Shown: in pieces, positions 1 through 8,468 of the stretch
Layout: each line of letters begins with the position of its first letter
Numbering within the stretch: the first letter of the stretch is position 1
Assembly (NCBI GenBank): GCA_035701605.1
Contig: DASSRV010000081.1
Span: forward strand, 1 to 35,866
Direction of reading: 5' to 3'
DNA from: Gammaproteobacteria bacterium
GTDB taxonomy: Bacteria; Pseudomonadota; Gammaproteobacteria; Natronospirales; REEB76
DNA: 35,866 nt
The notes under the pieces: generated by a model
The model's input: the letters and a program-made list of their open reading frames with translations, nothing else
What the model was told of the DNA's origin: nothing
The model's database searches: none
Program-made: the position numbers and the translations under genes

Positions 1-1
1 G

Positions 2-988
2 GCCTACCTGCGCCTCACCGCCAATCGCCACGACGATGCCTCGTTCGAGCGCGTCATCAACCTGCCGGCACGCGGCATCGGTGCACGCAGCCTGGACCTG
101 CTGCGTGACACCGCGAAACGCGGGAACCTGCCGTTGTGGAACGCCATCGGCGTGCTGCAACGCGATGGCCAGACGCCGGCGCGCATCAGCAGCGTGTTCG
201 CCGGCTTCGTGCAATTGGTGGATGCGATGGACGTAGCGGTGCGCGGCCTGCAACTCCACGAGCAGATCGAACACGTGATTCATGCCAGCGGCCTGATCGA
301 GCATCACAAGGCCGAGAAGGGCGAGCGCGGCGAAGCGCGCGTCGAGAATCTGGAAGAACTGGTGAACGCGGCGCGCGGATTCCAGCCGGAGAATCTGGAC
401 GGCATGACACCGCTGGCCGCGTTCCTGGCGCATGCGGCGCTGGAAGCCGGTGAAGGCCAGGCCGAGGCCTGGGAAGACTGCGTGCAGCTCATGACCCTGC
501 ATTCCGCAAAGGGTCTGGAGTTTCCGCTGGTGTTCCTGTGCGGCATGGAAGACGGCTTGTTTCCGCACCAACGCTCCAGCGACGACCTCGAAGGCCTGGA
601 GGAAGAACGCCGCCTGTGCTACGTGGGCATGACGCGCGCGCGCCAGGAGCTGTACCTGAGCTATGCCGAGACCCGGCGTCTGCACGGTGTCGAAAATTAC
701 GGCGTGCCGTCGCGTTTCCTGCGCGAACTCCCGGCCGGAGTGGTGGAGGAAGTGCGCCCGCGCGTGCAGGTGAGCCGGCCGTTCGCGGGCAGCGCGGCAC
801 CGGCCGCGAGCCTGAACCGCAGTGCCGGCGGGCTGGCGCTCGGCCAGCGTGTGCAGCATCCCAGTTTCGGCGAGGGCGTGGTGCTGGATTGCGAAGGCAG
901 CGGCGCGCACGCGCGCGTGCAGGTGAATTTCAAGAACGCCGGCCCGAAATGGCTGGTACTGGGTTACGCCAACCTCACGCCGGTGTGA
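2..988 (+). CDS. uvrD: DNA helicase II (UvrD/Rep family), C-terminal part; 5' end lies outside the window
   Basis: The frame is open from the window edge (AYLRLTANRHDDASFERVINLPARGIG...). Conserved C-terminal helicase motifs are present: LMTLHSAKGLEFPLVFL and YVGMTRARQELYLSY. Stop TGA at 986-988. Confidence 0.9.
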   Translation, partial: AYLRLTANRHDDASFERVINLPARGIGARSLDLLRDTAKRGNLPLWNAIGVLQRDGQTPARISSVFAGFVQLVDAMDVAVRGLQLHEQIEHVIHASGLIEHHKAEKGERGEARVENLEELVNAARGFQPENLDGMTPLAAFLAHAALEAGEGQAEAWEDCVQLMTLHSAKGLEFPLVFLCGMEDGLFPHQRSSDDLEGLEEERRLCYVGMTRARQELYLSYAETRRLHGVENYGVPSRFLRELPAGVVEEVRPRVQVSRPFAGSAAPAASLNRSAGGLALGQRVQHPSFGEGVVLDCEGSGAHARVQVNFKNAGPKWLVLGYANLTPV

Positions 989-1013
989 CCCGCCACTCTG
1001 CGAGGCTTCCGCC

Positions 1014-1739
1014 ATGAACGACACCCCCACCCGCAATGAGAAACCGCGGCGCGCACCCGGCAACGGCACGCTCACGCGCGAAGCCTGGAAGATTTTCCAG
1101 ATGGTCGCGGAATTCGTGGAAGGCTTCGAAAAGCTCGCCGCCATCCGTCCGGCCGTGAGCGTGTTCGGCTCCGCGCGTACGCCGGCTGCGCACCCGCATT
1201 ACGCATTGGCGGAACGGATCGGGCGTGCGCTGTCGGATGCCGGGTTCTCGGTGGTGTCCGGCGGCGGCCCCGGCATCATGGAAGCGGTCAACAGGGGCGC
1301 GCAGGCCGGCAAGTCACCCAGCGTCGGCCTCAACATCCAGTTGCCGCACGAACAGGCCGGCAACGGTTATCAGGACATCGCGCTCAGCTTCCGGCATTTC
1401 TTCATCCGCAAGGTCATGTTCGTGAAATACGCGTCCGCCTACGTGGTGTTGCCGGGCGGTTTCGGCACGCTGGACGAACTGAGCGAAATCCTGACCCTGA
1501 TCCAGACCGGCAAGACCCGCGCCATTCCCGTGATCCTGGTCGGCAGCGCGTTCTGGAACGGCCTGCTCGACTGGCTGCGTGCGCGGCTGGTGGCGGAGGG
1601 CATGATTGATGCCGCGGACCTCGATCTGATCCGTGTCGTGGATCGGCCGGAGGACGTGGTCAACATCATCTTCGATCATTTCGGTCCGCGCGGTTTCGAG
1701 CCGTCCGCCGCGGAGCGCGAACTGATGATTGATCTGTAG
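1014..1739 (+). CDS. LOG family protein (TIGR00730-type nucleotide 5'-monophosphate nucleosidase / lysine-decarboxylase-like fold)
   Basis: ATG at 1014. Motifs GGGPGIMEA and LPGGFGTLDELSE (PGGxGTxxE) are typical of the LOG family. Confidence 0.85.
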   Translation: MNDTPTRNEKPRRAPGNGTLTREAWKIFQMVAEFVEGFEKLAAIRPAVSVFGSARTPAAHPHYALAERIGRALSDAGFSVVSGGGPGIMEAVNRGAQAGKSPSVGLNIQLPHEQAGNGYQDIALSFRHFFIRKVMFVKYASAYVVLPGGFGTLDELSEILTLIQTGKTRAIPVILVGSAFWNGLLDWLRARLVAEGMIDAADLDLIRVVDRPEDVVNIIFDHFGPRGFEPSAAERELMIDL

Positions 1740-1769
1740 CGGCGGAATTGCACCAAATCTGCGTGCGCG

Positions 1770-2165
1770 TCAGTTTTCCGGCTTGCCGAGGTCCACGCCG
1801 TCCAGTTCATGCGAATAGTCGGTGGCCAGCACGCGTCGTGCCGAGGCCGCATCGCGTTGCGCCACGCACAGCTTGATGCCGCCGAGCGCAATGGCGTACA
1901 GCCAGTCCATCTGCACCATCTGCTCGTCGAACAGTCGCGCCGCGATGCCCTCCGCTGCGAGCCGGCCGAGCGCGATGTGCGCATCCGTGGTGCGATCGTA
2001 GGTGGCGACCGTCACGAACTCGTCATCCACGGTTCTCAGTTCCAGATCCGGGCAGGGCGATTCCACGCCGGACTCGTCCACCGGCCAGCGCAGGCCGCCC
2101 GCGTGCAGCCGGTGCCCGAGGCGAAGCACGGTATCCGTGATGCGGACAAAGGCGGCAACGATCAC
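1770..2165 (-). CDS. DUF2007-type small protein (putative signal-transducing fold)
   Basis: The C-terminal roughly 85 aa (VTVATYDRTTDAHIALGRLAAEGIAARLFDEQ...GGIKLCV...DAASARRVL) look like DUF2007. The N-terminal 45 aa of the maximal ORF look non-native. An in-frame GTG at 2030 is the more likely true start. Confidence 0.6.
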   Translation of the reverse strand: MIVAAFVRITDTVLRLGHRLHAGGLRWPVDESGVESPCPDLELRTVDDEFVTVATYDRTTDAHIALGRLAAEGIAARLFDEQMVQMDWLYAIALGGIKLCVAQRDAASARRVLATDYSHELDGVDLGKPEN

Positions 2166-2207
2166 GCAAGGTCCTGTCAGACACAGCCGCAGGGGGCATT
2201 GACAGGA

Positions 2208-3647
2208 TTAAAGCACAAAACCACCGTGTCGGTGACGGCGACGCAGCAGCCATGACAGGACGCACAACAGCAACAGCACGCCGCCGTTGCTCGCGCCGGC
2301 ATGGCCGGCCGTGTCCGTGTCCCCGTCTTCTTGCAGGTTGTAGATGTACACCCGGCCGGGGCCGGGCATGGCGCTGAACAGGCTGCCGGCCGGCGCGGAC
2401 TGCGCCACGGCATACGGCGCACCGACCACGCGGATGCGGCCGTCCATCGAGAGCGCCGCGCTCCAGCCGTAGGCATCGCCATTCGTTGCCGTCGGATTAT
2501 TCATGAAGTGGCTGGTTTGTTGCGGCCAGGTGCCCCCGCCATCGTGCGCGAAGGTTTGCACCACGCCGGTACCGGTGAGCCGCCCCACCAGTGCCGTGTC
2601 ACCGTGCGTGGACATTTTCACGGTATTCACGAAGCCCGTACCGATCCTGTCAGTGGCCGCATTCAATGCGCCCGCATGCGACCATTGGCCCTGATTGCGC
2701 TGGAACACATGGGCCGCGTGGCCGTCACCCGCATTGCCCGCGCCCACCAGTGCCGTGTTGCCGTCGCCCGATAAGGCCACCGTGGAGCCGAACATGCTGC
2801 CCGGTGTGTGCTCGGGATCGGACAGTACGCCGCTCGGCGCGGGCTGCCAGTTTCCGCCGCTGCGCGTGAAAACGTAAGCGCGGCCCACCGGATCGTCGCT
2901 GGAATAATTGTCGCTGCCGATGAGCGCGGTGTTGCCGTCGTCGGACAAGGCCACACCGGTCCCGAAGAAGTCGTTGCGCGCGGGCACCGGTTCCGTCAGC
3001 ACCGCAAGGGGCGTGGGCGACCAGCCGCCGCCGTCGCGCGCATACACGTACACCTTGCCTGCCCAGCGCAGGCCGGCGATTTCTGCGCAATTCGCGGACA
3101 CCAGCGCCACGTCACCGGTAGCGGACAGCGCCAGACTCTGGCCGAAACAGTCCGCGCCGTTGTCCGGGCTTTCCAGGGTGGCGAGCAGGGAACCGTCCGC
3201 GCTGTCAAATACGAATACGCGCGCCACGCCGGTATCTCCGCCGGAGGCCGAGACGAGCGCGGTCCTGCCGTTTTCCGACAGCGCCACCCTGGCGCCAAAC
3301 TCATCCAGCGCGACCGGGTCCGGGTCGTCGAGCCTGCGTGCCGGCCGTGTATCGAAATGCCTGTCACCGCGGAGGAACACGTACACGCGCCCGACTTGCG
3401 CGAGCCCACCGGATACCGTGTTCTCGATGGTTTCGGGCGCGCCCACCAGCAGCACCCGGCCATCGTCGGAGAGCGCCACCGAGGCACCGAAATCATCGAA
3501 GTTCACGCCGTTCGGGTTGAGCAGCGTGGTGGTGGGCGGGATGTCGCGGACGGTGGATGTTGCCGCAAGCAGTGGCGGCGCGCCCGTCGCGGCGCAGGCA
3601 ATCAATGCAGTCAGCAAACCGTATCCGATGCGCGCGGCAAACTCCAT
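2208..3647 (-). CDS. Secreted FG-GAP repeat protein (seven-bladed beta-propeller) with a GlyGly-CTERM-like sorting tail
   Basis: There are seven repeats of the FG-GAP_2 type: DDFGASVALSDDGRVLLVGAP, DEFGARVALSENGRTALVSA, CFGQSLALSATGDVALVSA, DFFGTGVALSDDGNTALIGS, SMFGSTVALSGDGNTALVGA, GFVNTVKMSTHGDTALVG and DAYGWSAALSMDGRIRVVGAP. A signal-peptide-like N-terminus starts at MEFAARIGYGLLTALIACAATGAPPLLAA, so the start was chosen at 3647 rather than the ORF maximum 3764. The C-terminus is ...SNGGVLLLLCVLSWLLRRRHRHGG. Confidence 0.8.
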   Translation of the reverse strand: MEFAARIGYGLLTALIACAATGAPPLLAATSTVRDIPPTTTLLNPNGVNFDDFGASVALSDDGRVLLVGAPETIENTVSGGLAQVGRVYVFLRGDRHFDTRPARRLDDPDPVALDEFGARVALSENGRTALVSASGGDTGVARVFVFDSADGSLLATLESPDNGADCFGQSLALSATGDVALVSANCAEIAGLRWAGKVYVYARDGGGWSPTPLAVLTEPVPARNDFFGTGVALSDDGNTALIGSDNYSSDDPVGRAYVFTRSGGNWQPAPSGVLSDPEHTPGSMFGSTVALSGDGNTALVGAGNAGDGHAAHVFQRNQGQWSHAGALNAATDRIGTGFVNTVKMSTHGDTALVGRLTGTGVVQTFAHDGGGTWPQQTSHFMNNPTATNGDAYGWSAALSMDGRIRVVGAPYAVAQSAPAGSLFSAMPGPGRVYIYNLQEDGDTDTAGHAGASNGGVLLLLCVLSWLLRRRHRHGGFVL

Positions 3648-4076
3648 GCCAAACGAGCCGCTGGAATGAGGCGGCACACTTGTCAGCCGTGAATCCGCCG
3701 TCATTGGAAGCATTGTTGTTCTTGTTTGCACGGTACCTTCCCTGTAGTAGTGCCGGCACATCATGTCCGCTGACTCGCTGACATTGACCGGCCCTACTTA
3801 AGGAATAGCACCGTTTCCATGAAACGCAACTCCCAGTTGACATGTTGCAGATGCCCCATTTCTTTGATTATGTAGTCTCGATTTTCGGTACAACAGGCAT
3901 TCCGTATATGCAGCAGCGAAAACGGATTCGCAATCCGGCTCAAATCCTGTAATACCGCATCGGGCATTGCTGCCGATGCGACTTACCGCCGCATCGTGCG
4001 GTCGGAAATGCACTTCGATCTGCGACATGCCGCAATGGCACACGTCCGGAATTCAATGTGTCAATGCAGGGCCTGA

Positions 4077-4103
4077 CCTCCGGTTTCCTCCGGGCACCTC
4101 CGG
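4077..4103. repeat. Three CCTCCGG heptamers phased at exactly 10 bp
   Basis: CCTCCGGttt CCTCCGGgca CCTCCGG at 4077, 4087 and 4097. Further copies or near-copies occur at 4143 (CTCCGG), 4265 (CCTCCGG) and 4275 (CCTCCC). Confidence 0.5.
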
Positions 4104-4217
4104 CGCGACCCGCAAACCGTTGCTGCTGGTTGCAAGGCGGCAGCTCCGGAAACGCAGGCGCAGTTTCCGGGAGAGGCTGGAATCCGGGGTTTGATGAAAT
4201 ACGGCTCCGCCTTCACT

Positions 4218-4266
4218 CGCGTCATTCCGGCGAAAGCCGGAATCCAGTTCTTGATAAAGCGCGGCC
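4218..4266 (+). repeat. REP-like palindromic element, copy A (8-bp stem with GAAA loop)
   Basis: cgcgtcATTCCGGCgaaaGCCGGAATccagttcttgataaagcgcg, with the hairpin at 4224-4243. It is near-identical in architecture to the reverse-strand copy at 19583-19628. Confidence 0.7.
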
Positions 4267-4318
4267 TCCGGCCGCCTCCCGAATGGGGGGTTCCCGGGCA
4301 CGCGTATGGGGCAGGAAA

Positions 4319-4354
4319 TGGCTATTACAGCTATATTGGCTATTTGAGCTATAC
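4319..4354 (+). promoter_or_regulatory. Tandem 18-bp direct repeats; candidate operator/promoter of the phd-zeta operon
   Basis: TGGCTATTACAGCTATAT (4319-4336) and TGGCTATTTGAGCTATAC (4337-4354) match at 15/18. This gives four [G/A]GCTAT hexamers at 9-bp spacing. A TATACT -10-like hexamer lies at 4350-4355 and a GAGGA Shine-Dalgarno at 4373-4377, ahead of the ATG at 4385. Confidence 0.4.
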
Positions 4355-4384
4355 TCCCGTCACTGATACGCCGAGGACGCTTCC

Positions 4385-4729
4385 ATGAGCACACCCACAG
4401 TCCGCGACAGCCGTAACCGGGCAGTCGAATCGTTCAGCGCAACGACCGCCAAGAATGCCTTTGGAACCGTACTGGAAAGAGCTTTGACCAAGGGCATGGT
4501 GACCATCACCAAACGGGACAAGGCCCGCGCCGTCCTGCTTTCAATGGAAGAATACGAAGCCCTGCTGGAACGGGCGCCCGATCCCCTGAAAACGCTCGGT
4601 GCCGAATTCGATGCCTTGGTAAAACGCATGCAGTCGCCGAAAGCGCGAGCCGCAGGCAAGGCGCTGTTCAAGGCGACATCGGCCAAATTGGGCAAGGCGG
4701 CCGTGGCCGGCGCGCGCAAGCGTGGCTGA
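4385..4729 (+). CDS. Phd/YefM family type II antitoxin
   Basis: The N-terminal fold signature is FSATTAKNAFGTVLERALTKGMVTITKRDKARAVLLSMEEYEALLE. The stop overlaps the downstream GTG start (GTGGCTGA). Confidence 0.8.
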   Translation: MSTPTVRDSRNRAVESFSATTAKNAFGTVLERALTKGMVTITKRDKARAVLLSMEEYEALLERAPDPLKTLGAEFDALVKRMQSPKARAAGKALFKATSAKLGKAAVAGARKRG

Positions 4730-5360
4730 CTCTCCGCCCTGCATCGGGGTACTGGCAGGAACCAACGGAGCGGGCAAAAGCAGCATCGCCGGGGCGTTCG
4801 TGCGTCGTGCCGGGGGCGACTACTTCAATGCCGACGAAGCGACCCGGCGCATTCGCGACGACCACCCCGGGATTTCGGAAGGCATGGCCAACAGCCTGGC
4901 CTGGAGGGAAGGACTGGCGCGTCTGCAAGCGGCGATCCGGAAACGGCATGACTACTGGTTTGAAACCACGCTGGGCGGTCGAACCGTTACCGCAACCCTG
5001 GATACGGCACTCAATGCCGGTTTGGATGTTCGCATCTGGTATATCGGGCTCGACAGCCCGGAATATCACATCGCCCGTGTGGCGGCGCGCGTGCGGCATG
5101 GTGGCCACGCCATTCCCGCCGACAAAATCCGGGAGCGTTACGATGCGAGCCGGCGCAACCTCATCCGCCTCATGCCCCGCTTGACCGAACTCAAGGTATT
5201 CGACAACAGTTTTGAAGCCGACCCGGCAACGGGAAAACAACCGGCGCCACAACTGATCCTGCACCTGAAACACGGCGTCATCCTCTCCCTGATCCATCTG
5301 CAAAAAATCCCGGAATGGGCCAAACCCATCGCGGCTGAGGCGTTGTTGATAAGCAGATAG
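4722..5360 (+). CDS. Zeta-toxin-like P-loop kinase (COG4185 / AAA-type ATPase), putative toxin
   Basis: GTG start at 4722 overlaps the antitoxin stop by 8 nt. Walker A is GVLAGTNGAGKSS, followed by a Walker-B-like WFETTLGG. The size (212 aa) and the pairing with a Phd-type antitoxin fit the family. Confidence 0.7.
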   Translation: MADSPPCIGVLAGTNGAGKSSIAGAFVRRAGGDYFNADEATRRIRDDHPGISEGMANSLAWREGLARLQAAIRKRHDYWFETTLGGRTVTATLDTALNAGLDVRIWYIGLDSPEYHIARVAARVRHGGHAIPADKIRERYDASRRNLIRLMPRLTELKVFDNSFEADPATGKQPAPQLILHLKHGVILSLIHLQKIPEWAKPIAAEALLISR

Positions 5361-5505
5361 ATGCTTCAAGGGATCCGGGTACCAATACCCGTTTCGATCC
5401 GGGAACGCCTGTGCGGAAGCATGAGATTCAAGAGGGTATCTGTCTCTAATTCTTCAGGACTTGGTATGCCTCAATACAAGACTTGAACCCAGTTCAGATT
5501 CTCCT

Positions 5506-6135
5506 CTATTTTTTCTTCTTTTTCGCCTGTGCTTCGTCTGCCAGATAGTTCTTGCTCAGGGTGGAGTGCCGTATGGCGACAGGCAGGATGCTCGGATAAA
5601 ACTGTACGAAGGTTGTATCAACGGCGCCGTGCGCTTCATGGCAGGAGTAGCAAGTCGCATCTGTGGGAATCTGTTTGGCCGGCTGCGGCGAATCCCCGCT
5701 GAATGCGAAAAATGCCCAACCACCCTTGAAGCGTGAGGTATCCTTCACGTGCACGAGTACGGAAAGCGGCTTGCCCTTCTGATAAAAGCCGTGATGATTT
5801 ATCGAGCCCTGCGTGCCGGAGGCACGGAATTCCTTGATTAACTGGGTGTGCTCCGGCCAGGTACCGGTCTTGAGAAAGGCCTGGTAGGCGATCGGATTGA
5901 CGAACACGTTCGAGAATGGCGGCTGTGCCGAGTCACCGCCTTCTTCGTTGTAGCTCATGCCCAGGTCCGAAGTCAGAAACACCCAGCTGTAGTAATCGGT
6001 CGGTGGTTTCAGTTCTCCTTTGGCCGTAAAGGCTGGCGTGCCTTTATTCAAGGCGTTGCCATCGGCACAAACCGTGGCTGGCAATACCAAGACGGCGGCC
6101 GCAACAAGTGCGGAACAAGCTACGGTGATTTTCAT
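5506..6135 (-). CDS. Cytochrome P460 family protein (periplasmic mono-haem)
   Basis: Signal peptide MKITVACSALVAAAVLVLPATVCA. Single haem motif CYSCHEAHGAVDTTFVQFYP near the C-terminus. Blocks GELKPPTDYYSWV, FVNPIAYQAFLKTG and VKDTSRFKGGWAFFAF parallel N. europaea cytochrome P460 as I recall it. The start at 6135 was chosen because the longer ORF runs into the tRNA gene; an alternative ATG lies at 6153. Confidence 0.8.
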   Translation of the reverse strand: MKITVACSALVAAAVLVLPATVCADGNALNKGTPAFTAKGELKPPTDYYSWVFLTSDLGMSYNEEGGDSAQPPFSNVFVNPIAYQAFLKTGTWPEHTQLIKEFRASGTQGSINHHGFYQKGKPLSVLVHVKDTSRFKGGWAFFAFSGDSPQPAKQIPTDATCYSCHEAHGAVDTTFVQFYPSILPVAIRHSTLSKNYLADEAQAKKKKK

Positions 6136-6267
6136 TGCGGCGGGATTCCTCATTCTGGATAAATTATTTTGAAGTAATGGCGTGGGTGTTCGTCTGGTGA
6201 CTTTTCGTACAGCAGAAGCAAAAGCGGACCGGGGTTCGAGTCCGTCCTTTGAATGCATAAGTGATAT

Positions 6268-6343
6268 TGGTGGGCCCACCAGGACTTGAACCTGGAACCA
6301 ACAGATTATGAGTCTGCTGCTCTAACCATTGAGCTATAGGCCC
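6268..6343 (-). tRNA. tRNA with CAT anticodon; elongator type, probably tRNA-Ile2 (lysidine-modified) rather than tRNA-Met
   Basis: The reverse complement is GGGCCTATAGCTCAATGGTTAGAGCAGCAGACTCATAATCTGTTGGTTCCAGGTTCAAGTCCTGGTGGGCCCACCA, which folds as a cloverleaf. The 1:72 pair is G-C, so it is not an initiator. C4-G69 and C5-G68 are present, and the overall sequence resembles E. coli ileX. The CCA end is encoded. Confidence 0.9.
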
Positions 6344-6383
6344 AAACACAAAAATCGGCTGCGATTATACAGTCTATCCAAAC

Positions 6384-6410
6384 GCAGAGGCCGCATGACG
6401 CGGCCTCTGC
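6384..6410 (-). terminator. Hairpin downstream of rpoD (possible intrinsic terminator)
   Basis: GCAGAGGCCGC-atgac-GCGGCCTCTGC forms an 11-bp stem. The downstream T-tract on the minus strand is weak (GTTTGG). Confidence 0.45.
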
Positions 6411-6434
6411 ACATAAGACCTGAATCCGAAGCTG

Positions 6435-8381
<1,947 letters not shown>

Positions 8382-8468
8382 GGTGTTCCGTGTCGGAATG
8401 GGGCGCTTTTGAAAACGCCGGAGTGAAACGCTCAATTATATCGCAAAAGGCCGCTTTTTCCAGTTAAA

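Noticed and set aside
3798-4043. An 81-aa Cys-rich minus-strand ORF in the gene-free region upstream of the FG-GAP gene
   Set aside because: It has no Shine-Dalgarno, no motif and an implausible composition. It probably occupies the promoter/leader region of the FG-GAP gene or a decayed remnant.
4053-4394. A 113-aa minus-strand ORF, the + ORF 4191..4388, and the ORF 19563..19814
   Set aside because: They are generated by reading through REP elements (..PAKAGIQFLIKRG.. and ..PTKVGIQVLIKRG..). Such peptides recur wherever the repeat occurs and are not genes.
5361-5486. A 41-aa ORF starting immediately after the zeta-toxin stop (MLQGIRVPIPVSIRERLCGSMRFKRVSVSNSSGLGMPQYKT)
   Set aside because: It has no Shine-Dalgarno. 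It runs through inverted and direct repeats (GATCCGGG x2, ATGCTTC/GAAGCAT) and the tRNA-like remnant, so it is most likely non-coding.
6178-6255. A tRNA-like T-loop motif (GGTTCGAGTCC) on the + strand next to the real tRNA
   Set aside because: The flanks do not form a 5-bp T-stem (CGGGG against CCGTC). I could not fold an acceptor, D or anticodon arm, and there is no CCA or discriminator context. At most it is a degraded tRNA fragment. It also overlaps the promoter region of the P460 gene.
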